Notes under the pieces: generated by a model
Databases searched by the model: none
What the model was told of the DNA's origin: nothing
What the model saw: only the letters and a program-made list of their open reading frames with translations
Shown: positions 52,283 through 64,000 of the stretch, in pieces
Layout of the letters: every line of letters starts with the position of its first letter
How positions within the stretch are numbered: the first letter of the stretch is position 1
NCBI RefSeq assembly: GCF_006345805.1
Contig: NC_043005.1
Location: 8,060,001-8,124,000, forward strand
Origin: Octopus sinensis
Taxonomy: Eukaryota
Length of the DNA stretch: 64,000 bases
Direction: 5' to 3'
Position numbers and translations under genes: made by a program

Positions 52283-52285
<3 letters not shown>
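52070..52285 (-). mobile_element. SINE family B
   Basis: Reverse complement of the family B head (..CCAGCTCGCCGCCTT) and body. Confidence 0.85.
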
Positions 52286-52347
<62 letters not shown>

Positions 52348-53559
52348 TTAATAATAATAATAATAATAATAATTATTATTATTATAATAATAATAGTAAC
52401 GATAATTCTTTTCTAATTGGCCACCAGGGCCGAACACAAAGAGTGATACGCAGACGAGGGAGAGTGAGGTTAAGCCACCAAACTCAACGATTAAGAAAGA
52501 GTCTAAATCAATAATATGCTTCCCCAATAGTGGGGTGAGTTCTATCGCAAGGTGACCAAAGAGACCTCACACACTTTGGACACCTTAACACTAACGGCTC
52601 CTCATGAAGGCACTCTTTCTTCTCCTTTCCTTCCGGCCTACAGGCGCACAAGTTTTACGTAGCGGATTATAAGTTGAAAACATTTTTGTAGTGATTGCAC
52701 GGATTTGCCTTTGGAATTAATATGAGATAGCGCCAACGTAGCCTTTAGGGGAGAAGAATTAGATAAGAACCCAATTGTCATGGTAGGTAAAGAAGCAGAG
52801 ATAAGCAAATGACATGAAACACAGCTGTACAAATAATTAGTATTTAATGAACTACATAGAGTACAACATTTACAGACAACAACAAAGATTAGGAAGCCAT
52901 ATGATTAATACTAAAAATGGAGCTAAATGGCTTTAGGTACGAATTTTCTTAGTGTACGAGTAATAAGTTATAATTTAAAATATTCTCAATTGAGCGTCAA
53001 ATTTGTTTAGTATGACTCGACTGAAAAACAACATGAGCGACAGTATTTAGAATATAAATATGATATAACCAAAATATTATATAGAAAGATTATATGGTTA
53101 CGTAGCTAAGCAACTAGAAGAACTGTTTTGTATAGGACTACAAATATATCTAGTAAAGAATAATGCGAAAATAATATAAGATGTATTTAAAAAACGAAAG
53201 AAAACAAATTTCGGTTTCCAGAAAGCAAGATGAAATGACATCTGTGAAGATGAAGAAGAAATAATGGAAAGAGATAATGGAAAAGCTAAAACCTTAGCTA
53301 AAAACGGATGCCAAAGTAAAGGAATGGCGAAAACCAAAACGAAACCAAAACAAAACAAAAAACAAAAGAAAAAATCGCTACATAACCAAAACCGAAAAAA
53401 AAATAAAATCTGAACAGGATGGAACTAAACAAAGAATAATGGTAAACTGACTCAGAATCGTAGAATTCTAAGGCTAGCCTGAAGAATGGTTGAGTGCAAT
53501 ATACTACAAAAATGCTGCTTAGCATTTTGACCGGCGTGCTAAAGATTCTGCCAGCTCGC

Positions 53560-53986
53560 AACCGTTTAGAAAATAATAGACTGGGCATAACAATTATAGA
53601 TAAGGAAAAGCGAAGTTGCTTATGGATCGACCCATGATGCCTGTTTGATTCCAGAGGACGAAAAACAACAGCAACAGAATAATAATCCCTTAAAATTTGA
53701 AAGAGGAAGAATTTGAAGCATGAGAGCTGTAAAGGTCGTGCCTATAAAAATTGTTGTGTTGGGAACAGTATGCAAAGATATAGACAAATGGCTGAAGGAG
53801 ATTGGAATAGAATGCCCGGTAGAGCTCCTACAGAAAGTTTGTCTCTTAGGGACAGTAAAAGTTATCAGGAGGGTTCTAAGCACTTGAAAGACAGCTAAAA
53901 ACTTGTGGATACCGAACGTTACAGGTAGTAATTCGCAATCCGCATAAATCCTACCAGGAATAAGACCGAACCTGAGCCAAACCACC
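53560..53986 (+). mobile_element. R4/Dong-clade degenerate 3' fragment
   Basis: IIDKEKRSCLWID..VKVVPIK..LGTVCKDIDKWLKEIGIECPVELLQKVCLLGTVKVIRRVLST* plus 3' UTR. Confidence 0.8.
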
Positions 53987-54797
53987 GAGAAAAGGAGAGC
54001 TTCTTGAAATGAGAATGCATGGACAGTTTGAAAGGAATACACAAGACTTTAAGGAAGATATAGCATCGTGGACATGGCTTGAGCGAGGTGATTTGAAGCG
54101 TATCACCGAAAGCATGATCATTGCTGCATAAGACCAGACTCTCGGTACCAATTCAGTGAAGTATAACATCTGTAAAACTTCCGATACCCAGAAATGCAAA
54201 CTCTGGAAAGAGTGTGGAAAATGTAAGGGATGTGAGAGCTTTGTACAAAAAGAATACAAGCGCCGCCACGATAAAGTGTGTGTGTTTCTTCATTGGCTCT
54301 TATGCCGTGAATACCAATATGAAGCAACAGAGAACTGGTATGAGCATGTACCAAGTAAAGTTATGCAAGAGGATGGAAAAGTAATGATACTCTGGGACTA
54401 TGATTTTCAGATGGATCGTGTAATCGAACACCGTCAGTCGGATATTGTCATATTGAATAAGAGAGACAAATACTGTCAGATCATTGATGTAGCCTTACCA
54501 AATGACATGAATGTTTTCAGTAAAGAGATTGAAAAAATCACCAAGTATCCCGAATTGAAAGTGGAGATGGTAAGACTGTATGGAATGCAAGATGGCAATG
54601 CAAAAGTGATAACAGTGGTGATCGGAGCGTTGCGCTCAATTCCATTGAAACTTCAAGACTTCTTGAGGCAACTGGAAATCCTATGCAAGGTTGATGTTTT
54701 GCAAAAAGCAGCCTTATTGGGCACAGCGCACATCTTAAGGTAGGTATTATCTGACTGAGGTCCTTGTGACTTTTTACCTATACTGTGTTACGAAGGA
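53987..54797 (+). mobile_element. R4/Dong-clade 3' fragment (finger region plus RLE), directly abutting the previous copy
   Basis: RMHGQF..WTWLERGDLKRITESMIIAA..EYKRRHDKV..ILWDYDFQMDRVIEHRQSDIVIL..IIDVALPND..EKITKY..VVIGAL..QKAALLGTAHILR; ends at (AAT/GAT)n. Confidence 0.9.
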
Positions 54798-54838
54798 ATA
54801 ATGATGATGATGATGATGATGATGATAATAATAATAAT

Positions 54839-55022
54839 CATTGACTTTTTATCTTAACTGATTGGAAGTGTTATCATGTACATGTTTTGTCTTGGCATAA
54901 AAGATGGGTTACAGCAAACATTCTGCTCAATTGCTTGTCAGTTGTTTGAACTTAACCAGTTGGGCATGTCCCTTATTGGCTGACTATATGTCTATCTCTG
55001 ATTAGGAGCAGGAGTAGCGAAG
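54839..55022 (+). mobile_element. 5' part of the (AAT)n-associated non-coding element
   Basis: ATCTTAACTGATTGGAAGTGTTATCATGTACAT..AAAAGATGGG..AACCAGTTGGGCATGTCCCTTA matches 51545-51715. Confidence 0.8.
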
Positions 55023-56025
55023 GAAAAGCAACAAAATATAGGTATAGAAATGAAGAAGTCCTCAGTAAAAATAATTTTCCAATACTATGAACATGTTAAA
55101 ATCGAAATTGAACGCTGAAAATATTGTACAAGCTATCAAGATATCAGTAAGAAAGTATGTGGCAGAAGTTATTGAATAGAAAAAAAGGAACTGGGGGACA
55201 GAAAAAACCAAAGAAGTAATACATAAAAGTCTGCATCCTCAATCATATATGGACATGATATATTGAAAAAAAAAAAGAAGCAAAAAGCAAAAGAATAAGA
55301 AAAAGCAGAACGAAGAAAAGTATCGAAGCGGTAGTGGGACTAGAGAGGTTTCTGTCCAGAAGGAAACACACACACACAAACACACAAGGGACGTTTCTGG
55401 GGCTAATCCTTAATTGAGATGTGACGTTCTCTAAAGGAACTTTTCCCGAATCTTGTGGGAATTAAAAAAAAAATATTTAGAAGAATGAATTTTACAAAGA
55501 TCCCTAAAAACAGAACCAAAGTAAGTAACTCTCTTCCTTGTTTCACTGAAATTCGGCAGCATAAATAAATGTTCGTGACATGGGATGGGCACAGAAGCGG
55601 GATCTTCAGCTCAAAATCTCAAATTGCTATGCCAGGTTCACTATATTTGAACTGGTAACAAGTTTGTATTTATACATGTTATTGCTTAGCACTGCCATCC
55701 AGTATCTGATTTGCGGCGAGCCGCTGAATAGAAGGACCAGCCATTGAACGATAACAGAAAACATCATAAGAAGGACCTATCTCTCGTGCCAGTTCGCAGC
55801 GGCTGCTATTCCGGTCTCTGGTGCTGAAAAGGAAATAACTTCACCGAAAAGCATACGTCCAGGAATCTGGTGAGGAAGAGCTATGTTCTGAAACGTTTGT
55901 TTACACATTTCTGTCTACAGCGAGAAATTTTCTACTTGACAAAATATAGTGAGTGGTTTTCTTACAGGTTCGAATATGCCCCAAGTGCATGTGTATGTGC
56001 ATATATATATATATATATATATGAG

Positions 56026-56069
<44 letters not shown>

Positions 56070-56180
56070 TTCTGTGTGAGTGCGTTTGATGTGTATATAG
56101 GTGTATATCTGTATTTGTAGATGTATCTATTTATGTTTATCTATATATGTAGATATGTATGCGTGAATATATATACATTC

Positions 56181-56213
<33 letters not shown>

Positions 56214-56246
56214 ATATATATATATATATATACATATATGAATATG

Positions 56247-56314
<68 letters not shown>

Positions 56315-56316
56315 TG

Positions 56317-56347
<31 letters not shown>

Positions 56348-56720
56348 TGAAGGTGCTTGAAAGAGGCAATGATGTAGGAATAAGAAGACCTGGAGATCAC
56401 CTTAAAATATGGCCTGTGCAACTGTAGCACAAACTTCTTCCAATCTTTAACTTTTGCCAAAGAAAGAGTAAGATGGAAGAGCATAGTGGCCCGTTGACCT
56501 GACGCTGGAGGAAACAGATGACCAGAAGCGCGCACGCACACACACACATACACACACTCATGTATATGTGTCTACAATAAATACTATGGTAATAGGTAAA
56601 TAAACGGATAGACTGACTGGTATAGGTTTTGAGTTCCTACGGAGATCTCTCTTTCTCTGTTTCACTGTCTCCTCTGTATGTATGCATATATATGCATGTA
56701 TACATACATACATACATACA

Positions 56721-56809
<89 letters not shown>

Positions 56810-57067
56810 ATACATACATACAATATATATGCTTATATATACATTTATATGAAAATATAGACATTTTTGTATAGATTTTCTGATTGATTGATTCGTTCAC
56901 TGCTTGATCGGTCGATCGATTTTTTGATTGATACATAGTCCTGAGATGTGAAAAGGAGGATAAGAATAGAGAAATATGTCTGCAAATAGAATATGTATGG
57001 TCAAGAAGTCCGGGAGACTGAGAAAGAGGAGAATAAAGTATATATCTTTGCGTATACTTGTGTGTGT

Positions 57068-57113
<46 letters not shown>

Positions 57114-57337
57114 GGAATATAGAGAGATACAGAGAGAAGGAGAGAGAGAGAAAGAGGTGGAGAAAGAGAGGAGTTGAGAGTTAGCTAGTAATATAATAGG
57201 GTGGTAGGTTGAATGATAGACACAGAAGTAGGTGCAGTCGAGGCAGCAAACGTGGCGAGACTAAAGATGAGAGGAGGAATGTGAAAAGTAAGTCGTATCA
57301 ATGATGTATTGATAGAAACCGGTAGTGGTGGTGATGG

Positions 57338-57377
<40 letters not shown>

Positions 57378-57519
57378 AAACGAAAGAGGAGTAAAAGTGG
57401 TAGCGGTAATAGGTACTGAAAAGATGAGAGTAATAGTAAGAGTAGTAGTTGTGGTTGAAGTAGCAAGAGGAAAAGTGTAGAGGAAGTGGAAATGACGCTC
57501 CAGAGTTGGCAAGGTTCAG

Positions 57520-58699
57520 TAGTGATCACGAGGAAAGTGCAGTGATAACAGTGGCGGTGGAGGCGGCGGATGCAGTGGTGGTGGAGGTAGAGGTAGAGGT
57601 AGCAAGTGACTGGTGGTAGTGATGGTAGTCGTAGTTGTGGTACTTAGCCTGACATTAGTAGTGTCTGCGCTAGTACTGTGATAGTGGTAGCGGTACAAGC
57701 CATGAGAAACATCGTCAGTACTATCACCACCATCCTTGTCGTTGTCGTCGTCGTCATCATCATCATCATCATCATCATCAAATACGTTGTCATCACTTTC
57801 ATCATCATCATCATCATCATCATCGTCGTCGTCGTCGTCATCATCATCATCATCATCGTCGTCGTCATCATCATCATCATCATCGTCGCCGTCGTCGTCA
57901 TCATCATCATCGTCGTCGTCGTCGTCATCATCATCATCATCATCATCGTCGTCGTCGTCGTCGTCATCATCATCATCATCATCGTCGTCGTCGTCGTCGT
58001 CGTCATCAGCAGCAGCAGCATCATCCATAGCAACTAGTACAATATGATCAGCTGAAGGAGTTACAGCATCATCATCATCGTCGTCGTCATCATCATCAGT
58101 ATCGGTGGAAGTGAGATCGATAGAGTTGGCATTGGTAGTAGCATTAGCTGTAGGGAGTAATAACGGTAACGGTAATAGCAGCAGCAGCAGCAGTGGCAGC
58201 GGTAGCAGCAGCAGCAGCAGCAGCAACGGTGGCGTTAGTTGATAGACACAACACTGTATAGCATTTCTCCTTCACAACAACACTGTCACCGGAGCTGACA
58301 CCACCATCACAACCACTAAGACCACCATCATAATTACCTCTCCCATCACTACCAATCCGCCACGACCATCACCACCGCCGTCAACATCCAGAATAACATC
58401 ACCTACGTCAGTACCTTTAAATTTACCGTTAGTGAAGTTGGTGGCGGTGTGTATTAGTAATTATATTGATGATAATGGTGATGGTGGTTGTGGTGGTGGT
58501 GGTGGTGGTGGTGGTGGTGGCAGGGGTGGTGATGATAATGATAATGATAATGATAATGATATCAATGATGAATGTGATGGTGGTGGTGGTGGTGGGGGTA
58601 ATGTGTGTGCCGATGGTGATGGTATTGATGGGGAATATTGATGACGATTGTGATAATGATAGCGATGGGGTTGATTGGTGATGATGATGATGATGGTGA

Positions 58700-58737
<38 letters not shown>

Positions 58738-58810
58738 GATGATGACGATGATGATGATGATGACGATGATGACGATGATGATGACGATGATGACGATGAT
58801 GACGATGATG

Positions 58811-58842
<32 letters not shown>

Positions 58843-58950
58843 GATGACGACGATGATGATGATGATGATGATGATGACAATGATGATGATGATGATGATG
58901 ATCATGATGACGATGATGACGATGATGATGAGAAAGAAGTTTATCACAAT
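57520..58950. repeat. ~1.4-kb compound trinucleotide block (CAT/CGT, GCA, GGT, GAT/GAC)
   Basis: Read directly. All reading frames give homopolymeric peptides. Confidence 0.9.
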
Positions 58951-59180
58951 TACTGCACAAGTACCTGCATGCTAATTCCCGATAAACTAGACACCCAGTG
59001 TTCAATTCTATCGCTAATATTTCAAAGAAGGCCGCGAACGAAAGCCACAAATTACACAATCTCAAAAAAAAAAGAAGAATATCTCAGCTCTGTAATAAAT
59101 ATGTAAAAACACATCGTATTTATCATATCTCTTAACATCCTCCTTTCATCGGTAACAATAACAATGGTACGGGCTCTTTG

Positions 59181-59183
<3 letters not shown>

Positions 59184-59218
<35 letters not shown>

Positions 59219-59268
59219 TAATAATAATAATAATAATAATAATGATAATAATAATAATGATGATAATA

Positions 59269-59305
<37 letters not shown>

Positions 59306-59324
59306 TGATAACAACAACAACAAC

Positions 59325-59392
<68 letters not shown>

Positions 59393-59415
59393 TAATAATA
59401 ATAATAATAATGATA
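59184..59415. repeat. Long (AAT/GAT/AAC)n array
   Basis: Read directly. Confidence 0.95.
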
Positions 59416-59584
59416 ATGGTTGTGATGCATGTGCCTAGTGTACGATAATAACAGCATATACATATATATATATGTATATATATATGTATAAATAAATACA
59501 TCAGACGGGTAGTCATGATGGGTATACTGGGCTTCGTATATTTTACCCCAGTGTCACTTTGATGGCATGCATGCTCTCTCACTC
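59416..59584 (+). mobile_element. 3' end of the (AAT)n-associated non-coding element, interrupted by a TA-rich insert
   Basis: ATGGTTGTGATGCATGTGCCT.GTGTAC | insert | TCAGACGGGTAGTCATGATGGGTATACTGGG..CTCTCTCACTC, flanked by (AAT)n on both sides. Confidence 0.85.
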
Positions 59585-59588
59585 AATG

Positions 59589-59661
<73 letters not shown>

Positions 59662-60685
59662 CAACAGATGTTAGTTGTAGTGATAGCAGCAGCTAAAACA
59701 GTAGCCGTGTCTTCGGTGTTTGTCTGCAAAAACAGCTGTTAAGACTAGCAGCTGTACCAGCAAGAGTAGCAGTGGCTATATTAGTAACGGCAGTAACAAC
59801 TGCAGCTGCGGCACTCAGAATGATACAAGTAGCAGTAGATGTTGCAGCAGTCGAATATCAGTAGTAGCGGATGCATTCGCTGCAGTAGGGACATAAAAAC
59901 AAAGCAACCAATGTGAGGGCAAAATAGACGAAAGTGAGTTTATGTGAGGGTTGCAGGAGAAGGTGATGAAAGGTATGCAGAAGGCGAATGACAGGAGAAG
60001 GTGATGACAAGCAATGTATAGGTGCAAAAGTGAAAGTAGCGGTTGCGAATAATAATTATTATTGATGGTTGTGGAAGCAGGTGCAAGAACAGTAATAATA
60101 GTTAGTAATGCAGGTGGCGGTATATGTCAAAGGAGAATGAAAAGGTAGCAGTTGTGCAAGTCTAAAGAAATGGTAGCGGATATATCGGTAAGTGGGAGCT
60201 ACCTGCTGCCTGTAGAAAAAGATGCTTAGCAGATAAAGAAAGAACGGTAGCGGTGGAAGAAGTCTCGGTTAATCCGCAAGGTGAAACGGTACGACACTAC
60301 AAAAGGCACTTTAGATGCGTTGAAAAGGACAAGGTCGTTGATAAGTGGAATAGATTCGTTTATAAAAAGCACTGGACACTCGACAACTTGAGATGCTAAC
60401 GTTTTTTTTTTTTGAGGGGGGGACATATTAAAGCGGGTACGAAGGAGTGAAATAAATATAGGCACGACGATAAATCATAGTGATTAGAAGAAAAATAGAT
60501 AATTATGTAAATTGATCTACGAAACTATGTGCTACACACAGACACACACACAGACACACAGATACACAGACACACACATATATTTGAGTATATAAACACA
60601 ATATTCTAAATGATATATACATAATATATATATATATGAATATATATATGTATACACACACACACGCGCGCGTGCACATATATAT

Positions 60686-60770
60686 CCTTAAAATCCTTAA
60701 AATCCTTTAAAATGTTTTAGCCGAAGGCCGCGGCCATGCTGGGGCACCACCGCTGGTAAATTGATTTACC
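60686..60770 (-). mobile_element. Short 3' fragment of a family A-related SINE with a (TTTAAGGA)n-type tail
   Basis: GCGGCCATGCTGGGGCACCACC is shared with the family A tail; preceded by ATCCTTAAA repeats. Confidence 0.55.
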
Positions 60771-60789
60771 ATCTAATATAATATATATA

Positions 60790-60855
<66 letters not shown>

Positions 60856-62539
60856 TATATATATGTAAATAAATAAATAATACATATATGCATACATGTG
60901 ATGTATATACTCATATACGTATACATAATACGATGGTGTATTTGTGTTGAGTGCGTGTTCAGTTTGTGTGCGACGAAGTTCGTATACATGTGATGGTTGT
61001 AGAATACTAAACATAATCACAATTAAGAATTTGTGGTTGTTAAGAAGAATTAGTTACGTACATGCGCATAAACACGTGTACACTTATATTCCAGTGTGCA
61101 TGTATGTATGTATGTATGTATGTATGTATGTATGTATGTATGTATGTATGTATGTATGTATGGATGGATGTATGTATGTATGTGTGTATGTATGTGTGTG
61201 TTTATGTATGTATGTATGTATGTATGTATGTGTGTGTGTATGTATGTGTGCGCCTGTGTCTATATGTATGTAGTCTTTATTCTTTATTTAAATTCACATT
61301 TATTCGTACATATAAAGTCATTATTTTATAATATACACAAAGGAGAAAGAGAGAGAGAGAGAGAGGGAAATAGAGAGAGAGAGAGAGTGAGAGAGAGAGA
61401 GAGTGAGAGATAGAGAGACAAAGAGACAAAGATATTGAGAGCGAGTGACAGAGACAGATTATTAGATAAATAAATAAATAGATATAGATATAGTGGTGCA
61501 TATAAGATTACATAGCTGTCAAGGTATGAATACTGGCACGTGATTTAAAGGGACGAATTTAGAATATCGTAGTTAATTGGCACTTTTGGTATATACGCAT
61601 GCGTTTGTATTTCTCTATGTGTGTATCAGTGTGTCCGTGCGTGTGTATGAGTGTTGCAAGATAATACTATAAATTCGTTTGTGGCTGTATTTATGACCAT
61701 ATATGTATCAGTATGTGTGTGTGTGTGTATATATATGTGTTGTGTGTGTGTGTATATATGTGTGTGTGTGTGTGTGTAAATCAATTTACCTATGATGGCG
61801 TGTGTGGGCATATGTACATTTGTGTAGGTCGCTATACAAGTAAGAATCTGATTAGAGTAGGGTGAACCTGTATTGGTACGGGAGTTTTTATGCGTAATCA
61901 TTGTAATTAGTAGACATTATTATAGTAAATTGCATGCAGGAAAAGTTCATGTTTGTGAATATTATATATATAGAGATACGTATAATAGATGCGATGAAGT
62001 GAGATGCAAGCATCTATGCGTCTTGAAAATACGGGACATAACTTAAATATTACAATATTTGATTATGTATGTAGTGGTTATTTATTCATTGTTTGGGGAG
62101 GGGGCATATTTTCAGAAGTATATATATGTGTATGAATATACGAATGTGCATACGCTAGTGCACACATATTCAGACATCATGCGCTAAGATACAGGCAGAC
62201 ACACGCGGATGAATACATTTTATATATATGTGTGTGCGTACGTATGTTTGTGTCCGCATGTTTCTTTGTACATATATGTATGAGTGTATGTGTGTGTGTG
62301 TGTATGTGTGTGTGGTGTATGTGTGTGCGAAATGCTTTTAAAAGACACATAGTGACAGTGACTCCGAACTTTCTTCCTCGTGGCCTTCATCGGATTACAA
62401 TTGTGTAATCTTTCAGTTTAATGTAAAATTGATTATTCTATATCTCGACATAATAATTAATATATATATATATATATATATGTGTGTGAGTACCGCCAGA
62501 GATTTTTCTCCTCTGTCTTCCCTTCTCGGGATCTTTCCT

Positions 62540-62620
62540 TCTCCTATGTTTCCGACGAAGAGCTCCGCTCGAAACGTTAAACCCTCCCTCTTCCCTTCAT
62601 TCCTGAGCGTCCAATAATAC
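62540..62620 (+). ncRNA. Candidate type I hammerhead ribozyme (repeat-borne)
   Basis: CCGACGA (62552-62558), A, stem II GAGC-TCC-GCTC, GAAAC-GTT pairing with AGCG-T, GTC cleavage triplet at 62609-62611. Stem I is weak. Confidence 0.55.
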
Positions 62621-62694
62621 TTTATACGTATATCAGTGATATCACTCATATACATACTTTCATCGTGTAATGCTGTAGTATATTATTCTTTTCT

Positions 62695-62805
62695 ACTCTA
62701 GGCACAAGGCCTGAAATTTATGGGGTGGAGCCGCACAATTAATTTATCAATCCCGGTAGGATGGAGGCAAAGTCGACCTCGGCGAAATTTGAACTCAGAA
62801 CGTTG
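62695..62805 (-). mobile_element. SINE family B fragment
   Basis: GGCACAAGGCCTGAAATT..GGCAAAGTCGACCTCGGCG.AATTTGAACTCAGAACGT. Confidence 0.7.
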
Positions 62806-62917
62806 TACATTATATATAATGAAAGCTTTTATACATTTACCACCGTGTTATTCATAATCTACTTTACAGTGTATATATATATTTTATGTATATATGTATG
62901 TATGTATCTATCTATCA

Positions 62918-63021
<104 letters not shown>

Positions 63022-63282
63022 GCCTATCTATCTATATACGTATATGTGTGTATTTGTATTTATGTATATATGTACATATGTGTATACACACACACACTCA
63101 TATATATATACACACATATATATATATAAATAAATATATAGACGCACAAATATATGCATATATATATATTGCGCATATGTATGCACACATAACAGATTAT
63201 GTATATTAACATACGTATAATGTATATGAATATATATATAGGTGTGTGTACAAGTGTATGTATGTATGTATGTATGTATATA

Positions 63283-63379
<97 letters not shown>

Positions 63380-63386
63380 GTATATA

Positions 63387-63680
63387 TGTGGTTAGGGCAG
63401 CGGACTCGCGGTCGTAGGATCGCGGTCTCGATTCCCAGATCGGGCATTGTTAGTCTCTACTGAGCGAAAACACCTAAAGCTCCTCGAGGCTCTGGCAGGG
63501 GGTGGTGGTGAACCCTGCTGTACTCTTTCATCACAACTTTCTCTCACTCTTTCTTCCTGTTTCTGTTATACATGTATTTCAAAGAGCCAGCCTTGTCACA
63601 CTCTGTGTCACGCTGAATCTCCTCGATAACTACGTTAAGAGTACACGTGTCTGTGAAGTACTCAGCCACTTGCAATTTAT
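63387..63680 (+). mobile_element. SINE family C (tail type iii), both ends truncated
   Basis: GTGGTTAGGGCAGCGGACTCGCGGTCGTAGGATCGCGG..; body is the reverse complement of 25540-25830. Confidence 0.9.
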
Positions 63681-64000
63681 GTGGTGCCTTTTTGAAAAGA
63701 TATTATTAATTCTTAGATCATTTTCTGTCTTCCTTAGTTCTCTGTCTTTCGGCGATATTGGTATAATCGTATAACATATTTTGTTCTTATGACCATCAAA
63801 ATACGAGCTTTCGTATAACTTTGGTAGTAGAAGTGCAGAGAAGAAAAAGCCTGTTATTGATTGGTGAATAATATTTAAATTATTGAAAAATTGGATGACA
63901 AGGAGTGAGAATAGTTAACATTTTTGGAATTCTTTCAACTTTGCATCTTCATCGGCAAGTAAAGCCATCTTCATGTTAGTTAGGTTTAAGAGTCTTTTAA

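Noticed and set aside
57516-59582. Long ORFs (up to 236 aa) of poly-D, poly-S, poly-H and poly-I
   Set aside because: They are open in several frames on both strands only because trinucleotide repeats lack stops; no domain or splice evidence.
60165-60410. Stop-free + strand frame (..WELPAACRKRCLADKERTVAVEEVSVNPQGETVRHYKRHF..) as an exon
   Set aside because: No ATG, no recognisable domain, no convincing splice pair; BLASTx or RNA-seq would be needed.

Overview
AT-rich, microsatellite-saturated animal (eukaryotic) DNA with no host protein-coding exon that I can support. It looks like intronic or intergenic sequence, most likely from an octopus or other coleoid cephalopod; this is inferred from the tRNA-headed SINE families and the extreme (TA)n/(TATC)n/(AAT)n load. 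Almost all recognisable content is transposon-derived: four tRNA-derived SINE families; R4/Dong-clade non-LTR fragments with a restriction-like endonuclease (RLE); a young 5'-truncated Tx1/L1-clade LINE; a CR1/L2-type LINE end; two Penelope-like (GIY-YIG) elements and hammerhead-bearing repeats; mariner, Tc1 and Chapaev3-type transposase relics; three non-autonomous Helitrons; two MITEs with clean target-site duplications (TSDs); and an ~0.9-kb near-perfect tandem duplication. The most striking pattern is apparent microsatellite-niche targeting. At 11.5-16 kb, seven co-oriented inserts (six R4/Dong pieces plus a ~545-bp non-coding element without a tRNA head) are stacked in one (AAT)n tract. 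The Tx1 element sits inside (TATC)n. Most ORFs in the supplied track are artefacts of simple repeats.
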